Positions 49,690 to 61,828 of a DNA stretch of 64,000 nucleotides are shown here, piece after piece. This stretch comes from Mobula hypostoma (taxonomy: Eukaryota). The stretch covers positions 105,898,001 to 105,962,000 of the forward strand of contig NC_086097.1 of NCBI RefSeq assembly GCF_963921235.1, given 5' to 3'. The stretch's first letter is position 1. Each line of letters begins with the position of its first letter. The notes beneath the pieces are model-generated. The model searched no databases. It saw only the letters and a program-made list of their open reading frames with translations, and was not told the origin of the DNA. The position numbers and the translations under genes are program-made.

Positions 49690-50176
49690 CAAACAACAGG
49701 AATTCTGCAGATGCTGGAAATTCAAGCAACATACATCAAAGTTGCTGGTGAACCTGATGGCATGAACATCAACTTCTCTAACTTCCGCTAAGGCCCCACC
49801 TCCCCCTCGTACCCCATCTGTTACTCATTTTTATGCACACATTCTTTCTCTCACTCTCCTTTTTCTCCCTCTGTCCCTCTGAATATACCTCTTGCCCATC
49901 CTCTGGGTCACCCTCCCCCCCTGTCTTTCTTCCCGGACCTCCTGTCCCATGATCCTCTGGTATCCCCTTTTGCCTATCACCTGTCCAGCTCTCGGCTCTA
50001 TCCCTCCCCCCCTGTCTTCTCCTATCATTTTGCATCTCCCCCTCCCCCTCCAGCTTTCAAATCCCTTACTCACTCTTCCTTCAGTTAGTCCTGACGAAGG
50101 GTCTCGGCCTGAAACGTCGACTGTGCCTCTTCCTATAGATGCTGCTTGGCCTGCTGCGTTCACCAGCAACTTTGAT
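49690..50176 (+). mobile_element. Short Penelope insertion with inverted 5' pLTR and a 14-bp TSD, inside the integrase
   Basis: TSD GAAGTAATTTTATG at 49676-49689 and 50177-50190. PDGMNINFSNFR stop matches the Neptune C terminus, followed by a CT-rich tail. Confidence 0.93.
50086..50123 (+). ncRNA. Minimal type-I hammerhead ribozyme motif, intact core
   Basis: TAGTC-CTGACGA-AGG(GTCTCGG)CCT-GAAAC-GTC-GACTG; predicted cleavage after C50118. Confidence 0.8.
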
Positions 50177-51142
50177 GAAGTAATTTTATGTATGGGTTGT
50201 TTCAGCAGATAGTTTATAAACTGGGAGCAAAGCAGATTATTTCCTCAGCCTATCATCCAGAATCACAAGGAGCTGGAGAGATTTCATTCTACACTAAAAA
50301 CTATGATTAGGACATATTGTGTAGTAAATGAAAAGGATTGGGATGAAGGTATACATGTACTACTTTTTGCAGTCAGGGAGGCAGTACAGGAATCATTAGG
50401 TTTTAGTCCTTTTGAACTTGTGTTTGGACATAGAGTTCGAGGACCTTTGGCTTTGTTGAAGGAACAGTGGATTAATAAAGAAGTACCCACTAGTTTGTTA
50501 GATTATGTTTTGAAATTTAAAGACAGATTGTACAAAACTTGTAGTTTGGCCAAGGAAAATTTAAAGTTAGCTGAAGAGAAGATGAAGACGTGGTATGATA
50601 AGGAAGCCAGGATGGGGTCATTTAAGCCTGGAGATAAGGTGTTGGTTCTTTTCCCAGTGCAAATGAACCCATTACAAGCAAAATTCCATGGTCCTTATGA
50701 GATTAAATCTAAAGTAAATGAGGTGGATTATGTGGTAAAAACCCCAGATAGGAGAAAGACAACACAGTTGTGTCATATAAACATGATAAAACCGTATTAT
50801 GAGAGAGAGGTTGCTACTGTGACTGTTAAGGAAAAGGGTTAAGGAAATTAAACTCCAATTTAATAATCCAGTTTAATGTTACAGGAGTACAATGTTTTGA
50901 TCACTCATATTAAGGGTAAAAACAATGTGATCGCTAACTGTTTGTCTGGATGTTAAATGTACAATGAAATTTTTTTTTGGAGTGATATTTTATCATTTGT
51001 AACACTCCTACTGTACATTAGTTTGTAAAGGGCTGAAAGATAAGATTGTATATATTGTGTATTTTGTAAATTTTATACCTTTGTATTTTTTTGTATAAAT
51101 TGTTAAATTTTTGTTCTTCAAAAGACCAAAAAAATTTTTTTT

Positions 51143-51151
51143 GGAGGGAGG
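51143..51151 (+). other. Polypurine tract
   Basis: GGAGGGAGG after a T run, directly before the 3' LTR. Confidence 0.85.
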
Positions 51152-52036
51152 TGTTACATGCTCAAGGAGATCTGGTTGTTTTTTTGGTGAGAATGATGTA
51201 ATGGTCTTTTGAAGGTCACCTGATGTGATTTTCCTGCCGATGTGAGGTCACGTGATGATGTGCCCCGTGACTGTATAAGGGTCGACTCAGGTGACGCAGT
51301 AGGATTTTTGAGTTTGTAGATATCCAGGTAGAACGTGCTGTGCCTCCGTTTCTGTTGCGTGTTTGTTTTTGTGACGCAGTTTCATTTTTTAAAACGGAAG
51401 GTGCGTTCTCTTACAAGATATTGTATTTGGATTGGAAATTTGTGGCTGGAAGTGCCAATTTACTCAATTCTGACAGTTTTGAAGGGAGAGTGAAGAATTC
51501 ATTGAAGTGAAGGATCGAGAGAAGTCAGCATCGTTTGGCAGTTTAATAAAGGATCGACCTTATTGAGTCTTCGTTGAAGAGAACCTGCATTGAGATAACT
51601 CTTGCAATAGCGCAATGAGTTCATGCACAAAGGCTCTCTCTCTCTCTCTCTAAAAGGAATTTAATGTCATTCGATTTAAACTGTTTATTTTCAGCATCGG
51701 GAATCCTGTGGACAGAACCGGCAGGAAAGGTGCTTCGGTGAAGAAAATCTTTTCCAGAGAAGTCTCTCCCAATTGAATGTGTAAAACTGTTGGACTTTCG
51801 AAGTTATCGCTTTAAGAACTATATCTGACTGTATCGCTTTAAGAACTGTTTTCGCATTTAACGCTTTAAGAACCAGAGCCGAGTGGAGTTGATGAACGGC
51901 TGCGTACCTGTTTAACCTCTGGTTAAAGTTTTCTGTTGGTTTTTTTCCCTTATTGTTTATATGTTTTTAATAAATGTTTGGTTGTTTTCATAAAACCTGT
52001 CTCGATTAATATTCATTGTTGCCGGTTACGTAACAT

Positions 52037-52343
52037 TAGAAACATAGAAACATAGAAAACCTACAGCACAATATAGGCCCTTCACCCCAGAAAGCTGTGC
52101 CGAACATGTCCTAACCACAGAAATTACCTCGAGTTACCCATAGCCCTCTATTTTTCTCAGCTCCAAATACCTGTCCAGGAGTCTCTTAAAAGACGCCATC
52201 GTGTCCGCCTCCACCATCATCACTAGCAGCCATGCACCCATCATTCTCTGTGTAAAAAACTTACTCCTGCCATCTCCTCTGTACCTATTTCCAAGCACCT
52301 TAACTGTGCCCTTTCGTGCTAGCTATTTCAGGCTTGGGAAAAA
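52037..52343 (-). mobile_element. CR1 3' tail fragment
   Basis: (TAGAAACA)n on the plus strand; similar to 11520-11825. Confidence 0.9.
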
Positions 52344-52600
52344 GTTAAATTAATTAAGCAGTGCAGTGCAAAAGCAGAAATAAAAATGTAGTGAGGTAGT
52401 GTTCATGGATTCAATATCCATTCAGAAATCGGATAGCAGAGGGCAAGAAGCTGCTCCTGAATTGTTGAGTGCATGCCTTCAGGTTTCTGTACCTCCTTCC
52501 TAATGGTAACAACGGGAAGAGGGCTTATTTTGGTCCTGTGTAGTAGCCCTCCCCCCATACCAGAGCAGCCAGTTAGAATGCTCTTGAAAGTACATCAGAC
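52344..52600 (-). mobile_element. Rex1/Babar 3' end; its other pieces are at 46187-46305 and 41805-41839
   Basis: GAAGCTGCTCCTGAA...CTGTACCTCCTTCCTAATGGTA parallels the LLPSG.RYR coding region of the other Rex copies. Confidence 0.7.
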
Positions 52601-53829
52601 TGGAATTCTCCAATGTTCAGTGTGGTAATGGTGTGACATGTATTAATTATTCAGCTGAGGAAGGGTAAGACTAATAATGAGGATAATCAAGTAATCTGGC
52701 CTCATAAATTGTAGAATTACAAACTACCGTCTCCCCAAGGTTAGTGTAACAGTGAGCGGTGCGATAGCACATGAAAGAATGCATAAATCACAACAAACAT
52801 CCACAATCACTTTCCTTCTCAGCAATTATATCAGAATTCATGCTGTTCAAGAGATTCAGGTGAGTGTTCTGTGAATCTGCAGAGAAAACCTGTATCAAAG
52901 CTGTAAGATATGATTCGATTGACATTTTCCAAAGGAAACTAAGGGAGTTAGCAGAAGAATCATTGGAAAAAATGAGGACTACATACTCTAGATGTTATCT
53001 GCTTTGCTTGCATAAGCACCTCTGAAGAGACTTATTACCAACTAACATAAAATGAAAAGTATGAGAAGAGTATGGGAGTGTGCACCTGCCAGACATTCCT
53101 GTCATTTCTGGCTTGTCACTCAGTGTTAAGACCTTCACAGAAGACAAGAACTACATACATAAAATCTAATGCTAAACTTTGAGCTGTCATTCATCAATCC
53201 TGGTGAAATCATAAAGGTCGCAAATAACATCAGTGCCTATCACAGAAATTTAATTTTTTAATATTTCTGACGTAGGATTGCAGCTATTTTGAAATCAAAT
53301 GCTATTTGAGTTGATTAGTCAAAGATTTCATTTTAAGTTTGGCTGCCTGTATTACACAGATGTCTGCTAAGGTGTAGATGATGTTTATCTTGCAGAAAGG
53401 CTTCAAGAATAGATTGAACTGAAAGCAAATGTTAATTAATAGCTCAGCATTAACATTCCCATCCTTGGCTTTCACTATCTGTCTCTGCAATCACTTGCAT
53501 TCTTGCAACCCCACAAGGAATCTGCAAATGCTCAGTTCTGTTTTAAATAATTATTAAAAAGAAAATTCATGTCTATTATTTGTTTTTTCCCGGCATGGCC
53601 ACCTTCTCTTTTACTACTCCCTGCAAATGTGGTCATCCAAAATCATTCTGGCTGTGCACTAACCTTTACCAAGTCCCATTTGCCCAATACCTCTGTTATA
53701 GGATTCTCATTAATGAAGATAGATCACAGCTCCCTCATGTGCCCTCAGCCCCATACTCTACTCCCTGTACACTCACGATGATGTGGCCAGATTCTGCTCT
53801 ATTTCCACCTCCAAGTTTGTAGATGGACC

Positions 53830-54425
53830 AAGTCTCAAATAATGACAAGTCAGAGTACAGGAAGGAGAAGGAGGCTTAGTGCCATGGTGTTGTGACGATA
53901 ACCTCTCCCTCAATGTCAACGAAAAGTTGGATGATGACTTCAGAAAGGGATGATGCACTTGGTCCTGTCTACCTCAATGGTGTTGAGGTTGCGGAGCTTG
54001 AGAGCTTCAAGTTCCTAATGTAAACATAACCAATAGTCTATCCTGGTTCAACCACACCGATGTCATGGCCAAGAAAGCTCACCAATGCCTCTATTTCATC
54101 AGGAGGCAAAATAAATTTGGCATGACCCTGTTGACCAGCACCAATTTTTATCAATGCGCCATAGAAAACATTCTATATGGATGCATAGTAGCTTGCTATG
54201 CTAATGGTCCTGCATGCAATCGCAAAAATCTGCAGAGTTATGGGCACAGCTCAACAAATCATGAAATCTAGCCTCTCCTCTATGGACTCTGTCTATACTT
54301 CTCACTGCCTCAGTAAAACAGCCAGCATAATCAAAGATCCCACCCATCCCAGACATTTATTTCATCTCTCCCTCTTCCATTGGCAGAAGGTACAAAAATC
54401 TGGAAGCATGTACCACCCCAAGCAG
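53830..54425 (+). mobile_element. Degenerate Rex1/Babar RT 3' fragment, followed by a Penelope pLTR scrap (54430-54520)
   Basis: KKAHQCLYFIRR, FYQCAIENILYGCIVACY, IIKDPTHP. Confidence 0.8.
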
Positions 54426-54994
54426 GAGAAAATCTGCATAAGCTGGAAATCCAAGCAACACACACAAAATGCTGGAGGAACTCAGCAGGCTAGGCAGCAT
54501 CGATGGAAAAGAGTGAACAAAAATGCTCTCCCTCAACTTCTTTAGATCATTATTAATTTTACAATAAACCTGCCTTGTAGGTCAATTTTAAATCATTGCC
54601 TTAGTATCTTTCTATGTGGTTCAAAGTTATGTTTTGATTTGATAATGCTTCTGTGGAAAACACTAAGAAGATTTTTAATAAATATTATTGGAAACGATTG
54701 TTCTTTTACTGTATTAAAGGGTGTGTGTTGTTTTTAAAGATAGAGTTATTTCTGATAGGGATAATAAAATTTTAAAAAATCTAAACAAGGTGATAGGCAT
54801 CAATAAAATGAATTTCTCTGAAAGTACAACAGATCTTTAGTGTTGAACTAGAATGAAAACCTAGATTATGAGCTAGGACTTGTGTATAAGCCTGCCAGGT
54901 TATCTGTGGCCATTCTACTGATGTTACAGAGGATAGCAGGAAAACAGTTATAGAAATACAACAGCCGGTAATTTCAATATAATACAGTTAACAT

Positions 54995-55555
54995 TAGTGG
55001 GAAGTTGGAGGATTGGGAAGCTTTTAAAAATCAACAGAAAGCAACTAAAAAAATCAGAAAGAGAAAAAAGATGAAATATGGAAGGAAGCTAGCCATTAAT
55101 ATAGAAAGAATACAATAAGTTTTTTCAGATATATAAAGAGTAAAAGGGAGTCAAGAGTGGATATTTGACCACTAGAAAATGGCACTGGAGAGGTAGGCAG
55201 ACTGAATAAGTATAAGTATTTTGCGTCAGTGTCATAGTGGAAGACAATGGCGGAATGCCACAAGTGTCAGAGTGTCAAGGGGCAGAAGTTGATTTTGTTG
55301 TTATTACTAAGGAGAAGGTGCTTGGGAAGCTGAAAAGCATGAAGTCACCTGGACCAGACGGACCACAATCCAGGATTCTGAAAGAGGTCACTGAAGAGAT
55401 TGTGGCGGCATTAGTAATGATCCTTCAAGAATCACTGGATTCTGGAACAATTCCTGAGGACTGGAAAATTGCAAATTTCACTCCACTGTTTAAGAAAGGA
55501 GGGAGTCAGAAAAAAAGGAAATTATAGGTCAATTAGCCTGATTTCAATGGTTGGA
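54995..55555 (+). mobile_element. CR1 ORF2 internal fragment
   Basis: KSPGPDG, PEDWKIANFTPLFKKG, GNYRSISL. Confidence 0.85.
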
Positions 55556-56270
55556 AACACTGCCCCTGATGGATGTCTTCTGACATTTGCTCTAAGAAGA
55601 TCTGTTCAAACAGCAGGCAAGGCTTATGGGAGTCTGCCAGTGCTAGCATGTCGCTCATCTGGTCTGATGGTGCGCGGCCACCCAGGCCGTCCATATGTAG
55701 TAACTGCATGGCCCGTTCGTGGCGGGAGAGGCCAAACGTGCGGATTAACAGGGCCTTGAGTGCCTCGTACCTGTCTATTGCTGCGGGCTGACGCAGAATG
55801 TTGATAATGCGGCCCACTGTCTCCTGGTCGAGGGCGCTCACCACATAGTAATACCTGGTGGCATCTGAGACAATTTGCCTGACCTGGAACTGGGCCTCTG
55901 CTTGCTCAAACCAGTCCAGGGGTTGGGTGGTCCAGAAGGTTGGCAGTTTAAGGGAAGCTGCATTCTGCAGAGCCGAGTGGTTCATCTTGTGTCCAAATGC
56001 CGTTGGACCGTCGGGGTCACCAATGTAGTTGCGCTGATACACAACGAGTGAAAACAACACACTGACTCCAGCAGTGTCGGGTTGAACCATTTACTGTTTG
56101 AATCGGTGCGCGCTTAAGTACCCGCTCCCAGCAACCCCCGCTCTTTGCGGGGCAGAAGCGACGTCGGCTTCCGGGCCGAGGTCTGCCCCGCACTCAGAGT
56201 CCTCTCAGTTGCCGCTGGCTGCGAGCTCGCCAGCGACTGCTGGAGCTGGTTCGCTTGCTGCGTGGGCACA
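55556..56270 (-). mobile_element. gag: Gypsy 5' LTR (56024-56270), tRNA-Trp PBS (56009-56022) and gag N-terminus; remainder lost
   Basis: TG...CA CpG-rich LTR; PBS TGGTGACCCCGACG; LKLPTFWTTQPLDWFEQAEAQF...YYYVVSALD. Confidence 0.88.
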
Positions 56271-56526
56271 GTATATTCCAAAAAAGAAGAAATTTTCGAT
56301 TGGAAAAAGGATGCAACCGTGGCTGAAAAGAAAAGTCAAGGCCAAAGTTAAAGCAAAGGAGAGGGCATACAAAGGAAGCAAAAATTAGTGGGAAGACAGA
56401 GGATTGGGAAGTGTTTAAAAGCTTACAAAAGGAAACTAAGAAGGTCATTAAGAGGGAAAAGATGAACTATGAAAGGAAGCTAGCAAATAATATCAAAGAG
56501 GATACTAAAAGCTTTTCCAAGTATAT

Positions 56527-56739
56527 ATTCAAGTCATTCCTGCCTTTGGCCATCAAACTTTACAACTCCTCCCTTGGAGGGTCAGACACCCTGAGCCAAT
56601 AGGCTGGTCCTGGACTTACGTCATAATTTACTGGCATAATTTACATACTACTATTTAACTATTTATGATTCTATTACTATTTATTATTTATGGTGCAACT
56701 GTAATGAAAACCAATTTCCCCCAGGATCAATAAAGTATG

Positions 56740-56775
<36 letters not shown>
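56527..56775 (+). mobile_element. Rex-type LINE 3' tail with (CTAA)n end
   Basis: KSFLPLAIKLYN C terminus; GGATCAATAAAGTA followed by (CTAA)n. Confidence 0.8.
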
Positions 56776-56776
<1 letters not shown>

Positions 56777-57439
56777 AGAGTAAAATACAGGTGAGAGTAG
56801 ATATAGGACCGATAGAAAATGATGCTGGAGAAATTGTAATGGGAGATAAGGAGATGGCGGAGGAACTGAACAAGTATTTTGCATCAGTCTTCACTCAGGA
56901 AGACATCAACAGTATACCGGACACTCAAGGGTGGCAGGGAAGAGAAGTGTGTGCAGTCACAATTACGACAGAGAAAGTACTCAGGAAGCTGAATAGTCTA
57001 AAGGTAGATAAATCTCTCTGACCAGATGGAATGCACCCTCGTGTTCTGAAGATTGCGGAGGCATTAGTGATGATCTTTCAAAAGTCGATAGATTCTGGCA
57101 TGGTTCTGGAGAGGACTGGAAGATTGCAAATGTCACTCTGCTATTTAAGAAGGGGGCAAAGAAGTAAAAAGGAAATTATAGACCTGTTAGCTTGACATTG
57201 GTGGTTGGGAAGTTGTTGGAGCCGATTGTCAAGGATGAGGTTACGGAGTACCTGGAAGTATATGACAAGATAGGCAGAACTCAGCATGGTTTCCTTAAAG
57301 GAAAATCCTGCCTGACAAACCTATTATAACTTTTTGAGGAAATTACAAGTCGGCTAGACAAGGGAAATGCAGTGGATGTTGTATATTTGAATTTTCAGAA
57401 GGCCTTTGACAAGGTGCCACACATGAGGCTACTTAACAA

Positions 57440-58413
57440 TATATTGTTACAATATATATTAATGACTTAGATGAGGGAATTAAATGCAGCATCTCCAAGT
57501 TTGCGGATGACACGAAGCTGAGCGGCAGTGTTAGCTGTGAGGAGGATGCTAAGAGGATGCAGAATGACTTGGATAGGTGAGGTGAGTGGGCAAGTTCATG
57601 GCAGATGCAATTTAATGTGGATAAATATGAGGTTATCCACTTTGGTGGCAAAAACAGGAAAACAGATTATTATCTGAATGGTGGCTGATTAGGAAAAGGG
57701 GAGGTGCAACGAGACCTGGGTGTCGTTGTACACCAGTCATTGAAAGTGGGCATGCAGGTACAGCAGGCGGTGAAAAAGGCGAATGGTATGCTGGCATTCA
57801 TAGCAAGAGGATTTGAGTACAGGAGCAGGGAGGTACTACTGCAGTTGTACAAGGCCTTGGTGAGACCACACCTGGAGTATTGTGTGCAGTTTTGGTCCCC
57901 TAATCTGAGGAAAGACATTCTTGCCATAGAGGGAGTACAAAGAAGGTTCATCAGATTGATTCCTGGGATGGCAGGACTTTCATATGATGAAAGACTGGAT
58001 CAACTAGGCTTATACTCGTTGGAATTTAGAAGATTGAGGGGGGATCTTATTGAAACATATAAAATCCTAAAGGGATTGGACAGGCTAGATGCAGGAAGAC
58101 TGTTCCCAATGTTGGGGAAGTCCAGAATGAGGGGTCACAGTTTTAGGACCGAGATGAGGAAAAACTTCTTTACACAGAGAGTGGTGAGTCTGTGGAATTC
58201 TCTGCCACAGGAAACAGTTGAGGCCAGTTCATTGGCTATATTTAAGAGGGAGTTAGATGTGGCCCTTGTAGCTAAAGGGATCAGGGGGTATGGAGGGAAG
58301 GCTGATACAGGGTTCTGAGTTGGATGATCAGCCATGATCATACTGAATTGCAGTGCAGCTCGAAGGGCCGAATGGCCTACTCCTGCACCTATTTTCTATG
58401 TTTCTTTGTTTCT
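57440..58413 (+). mobile_element. 5'-truncated CR1 of another subfamily nested in the same orientation
   Basis: ISKFADDTK through FFTQRVV with its own (TTTCTATG)-like tail. Confidence 0.9.
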
Positions 58414-60157
58414 AAGATAAGAGCCCAAGGAATTATGGGAAAGTTACATACGTGGATAGGGCGTTGGCTGATTGGCAGGAAACAGAGAGTGGGAATAAAG
58501 GGATCCTATTCTGGTTGGCTGCCGGTTACCAGTGGTGTTCCACAGGGGTCCGTGTTGGGGCCACTTCTTTTTATGTTGTACATCAGCGATTTGGATTATG
58601 GAATAGATGGCTTTGTGGCTAAGTTTGCTGATGATACGAAGATAGGTGGAGGGGCTGGTGGTGCTGGGGAAACAGAGAGTCTGCAGAGAGACATGGATAG
58701 ATTGGAAGAATGGGCAAAGAAGTGGCAAATGAAATACGGTGTTGGAAAGTGTATGGTTATGCACTTTGGCAGAAGAAATAATTGGGCAGACTATTATTTA
58801 AATGGGGAGAGAACTCAATGTTCTGAGATGCAACGGGACTTGGGAGTCCTCGTGCAGGATACCCTTAAGGTTAACTTACAGGTTGAGTTGGTGGTGAAGA
58901 AGGCAAATGCAATGTTGGTATTCATTTCTAGAGGAATAGAATATAGGAGCATGGATGTGATGTTGAGGCTTAATAAGGCGCTGGTAAGACCTCACTTGGA
59001 GTACTGTGGGCAGTTTTGGTCTCCTTATTTAAGAAGGGATGTGCTGACGTTGGAGAGGGTACAGAGAAGATTCACTAGAATGATTCCGGGAATGAGAGGG
59101 TTAACATATGAGGAACGTTTGTCCACTCTTGGACTGTATTCCTTGGAGTTTAGAAGAATGAAGGGGGACCTCATAAAACCATTTCGAATGTTGAAAGGCA
59201 TGGACAGAGTGGATGTGGCAAAGTTGTTTCCCATGATGAGGGAGTCTAGTACAAGAGGGCATGACTTAAGTATTGAAGGGCGCCCATTCAGAACAGAGAT
59301 GCGAAGAAATTTTTTTAGCCAGAGAGTGGTGAATCTATGGAATTTGTTGCCACGGGCGGCAGTGGAGGCCAAGTCATTGGGTGTATTTAAGGCAGAGATT
59401 GATAGTTATCTGAGAAGCCAGGGCATCAAAGGTTATGGTGAGAAGGTGGGGGAGTGGGACTAAATGGGAGAATGGATCAGCTCATGATAAAATGGCAGAG
59501 CAGACTCGATGGGCCAAATGGCCAACTTCTGCTCCTTTGTCTTATGGACTTATGGAATTGAAAATGAGATAGTCCAGGTCACTGTATTTGGCGTGAATTT
59601 TCAATGTGTTGTCGGTAAGGGAGAGCAGTGACAGGTCCCATAAGGCAACTGGGAGAGGGCATCCAACAATCTGCATCTGGTGCACCAATGATCACTGCAC
59701 TGCGCTCACTATTTCTAAACCTGCACCGACACATGATTAATTCATATAAGGCAGAAGTCCCATCCCCAGTCACAACATCTCCTAGCTCTTGAAGAACAAT
59801 AATCAATACCTGCATGGCAAACATCTGTTCCTAGCTGATATCTCTCTGCTCCCAGGAAAAATAATAGGTTTGTTAAGTGGGGTGGTATATAATATGTGCC
59901 TTGAACTGTGTGAGCTGCTGAGGTGCAAAGGAATGCCTGTGTGTTAATAAAGACTGGATCAGCTGGAAGGATAACGCACTTACACCAGTATACTGCAGGA
60001 AGCCAACACAAACAGCAAATCTACCACAATAAAGCAATATCAACTCCAAAGAATAGGTCATGTCACCCAGATGCCTAACTCTTGTCTCACCAATTTACTC
60101 TCACTTGAAGGAAGATCAATGCTCCACTAGTGGGCAAACAAAACACTTCAAAGATAA

Positions 60158-61630
60158 CATCCCAAATATCGATTGGCATCTCCCTAGAATGAGGAGTTTA
60201 GATGGGGTGGAGTTTGTTAGGTGTGTTCAGGAAGGTTTCTTGACACAATATGTAGATAAATCTACAAGAGGAGAGGCTGTACTTTATCTGGTATTGGGAA
60301 ATGAACCTGGTCAGGTGTCAGATCTCTCAGTGGGAGAGCATTTTGGAGATAATGGTCACAATTCTATCTCCTTTACCATAGTATTGGAGAGGGATAACTC
60401 AGATAAGTTAGGAAAGTGTTTAATTGGAGTAAGGGGAAATATGAAGCTATCAGGCAGGAACTTGGAAGCATAAATTGGAAAGCAGATGTTCTCAGGGAAA
60501 TGTATGGCAGAAATGTGGCAAATGTTCAGGCGATATTTGCGTGGGATTTTGCACAGGTATGTTCCAATGAGGGGAAGGATGGTAGGGTACAGGGAACATG
60601 GTGTAGAAAGGCTGTTGAAAGTCTAGTCAAGAAGAAACAAAAAGCTTATGAAAGGTTCAAAAAACTAGGTAATGTTAGAGATCTAGAAGATTATAAGGCT
60701 AATAGGAAGGAGCTTAAGAAGGAAATTATGAGACACAGAAGGGGCCATGAGAAGGCCTTGGCGAATAGGATTAAGGAAAACCCCAAGGCATTCTACAAGT
60801 ATGTGAAGAGCAAGAGGATAAGACGTGAGAGAATAGGAGCAATCAAGTGTGACAGAAGAAAAGTGTGTATGGAACCGGAGGAGAGAGCAGAGGTACTTAA
60901 TGAATACTTTGCTTCAGTATTCACTACAGAAAAAGATCTCGGCCATTGTAAGGATGACTTGCAGCAGATTGAAAAGCTTGAGCATATAGACATTGAGAAA
61001 AATTATATGCTGGAGCTTTTGGAAAGCATCAAGTTGGATAAGACATACCCCAGGCTACTGTGGGAGGCAAGGTAGGAGATTGCTGAGCCTCTGGCGATGA
61101 TCTTTGCATCATCAATGGGGATGTGAGAGGTTCCGGAGGATTGGAGGTTTTCACATGTTGTTCCCTAATTCAAGAAAGGGAGTAAAGCTAGCCCAGGAAA
61201 TTATAGACCAGTGAGTCTTACTTCAGTGGTTGGTAAGTTAATGGAGAAGATCCTGAGAGGCATAATTTATGAACATTTGGAGAAGTATAATATGATTAGG
61301 AATAGTCAACATGGCTTTGTCAAAGGCCTTACCAGCCTGATTGAATTTTTTGAGGATGTGTCTAAGCACATTGATGAAGGTAGAGCAGTAGATGTAGTGT
61401 TTATGGATTTCAGCAAGGCATTAGATAAGGTAGCCCATGCAAGGATTATTGAGAAAGTAAGGAGGCATGGGATCCAAGGGTATATTATTTTGTGGATCCA
61501 GAACTGACTTGCCCCCAGAAGGCAAAGAGTGGTTGTAGACGGGTCATATTCTGCATGGAGGTCGGTGACCAGTGGTGTGCCTCAGGGATCTGTTCTGGGA
61601 CCCCCTCCCCCTTCTCTTCGTGATTTTTAT
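60158..61630 (+). mobile_element. CR1 ORF2 fragment (EN end to mid-RT), same family as 11495-16477
   Basis: PNIDW, LVLGNEPGQV, IKENPKAFYKY, DFSKA, GVPQGSVLGP; breaks at the (TG)n tract. Confidence 0.92.
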
Positions 61631-61631
61631 T

Positions 61632-61757
61632 GGTGTATGTGTGTGTGTGTGTGCGTGTGTGTGTGTGTGTGTCTGAGAATGAGTTTGTGTGTGTATGTGT
61701 CTGTGTTTATGTATGTGTGTGTAAGTGTGTGTGAGAGAGAGAGAGTGTGTGTGTCTC

Positions 61758-61799
<42 letters not shown>

Positions 61800-61828
61800 T
61801 GTGTGTGTGTGTGCGTGTGTGTGTGTGT
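61632..61828. repeat. Compound (TG)n/(AG)n microsatellite
   Basis: Direct inspection. Confidence 0.97.

Larger units (their letters stand above)
49060..50956 (+). pseudogene. pol: Integrase (interrupted) followed by an RNase H C-terminal remnant
   Basis: HFYWP...CRMCHTCQ, IVDCVGPLP, SYQGSNF, YHPESQGA, FHGPY, HINMIKPY; then SLMLQEYNVLITHIKGKNNVIANCLS at 50870-50956. Confidence 0.88.
46306..52035 (+). mobile_element. Gmr1-like Gypsy LTR retrotransposon, RT deleted
   Basis: LTRs 46306-47184 and 51152-52035 (TGTTAC...GTAACA); TSD TTAG at 46302-46305 and 52036-52039; PBS; PPT; gag-PR-IN-RH remnant. Confidence 0.95.
56271..59555 (+). mobile_element. CR1 ORF2 (linker, RT, tail) interrupted at 56527-56775 and 57440-58413
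   Basis: Host frame HMRLLNK|IRAQGIMGK rejoins across the insertion; RT C-terminal half open to 59463; CTTATGGACTTATGG tail. Confidence 0.92.

Noticed and set aside
58324..59463. 379-aa ORF as a novel fusion protein
   Set aside because: Chance in-frame join of a nested CR1 tail to the host CR1 RT C-terminal half.
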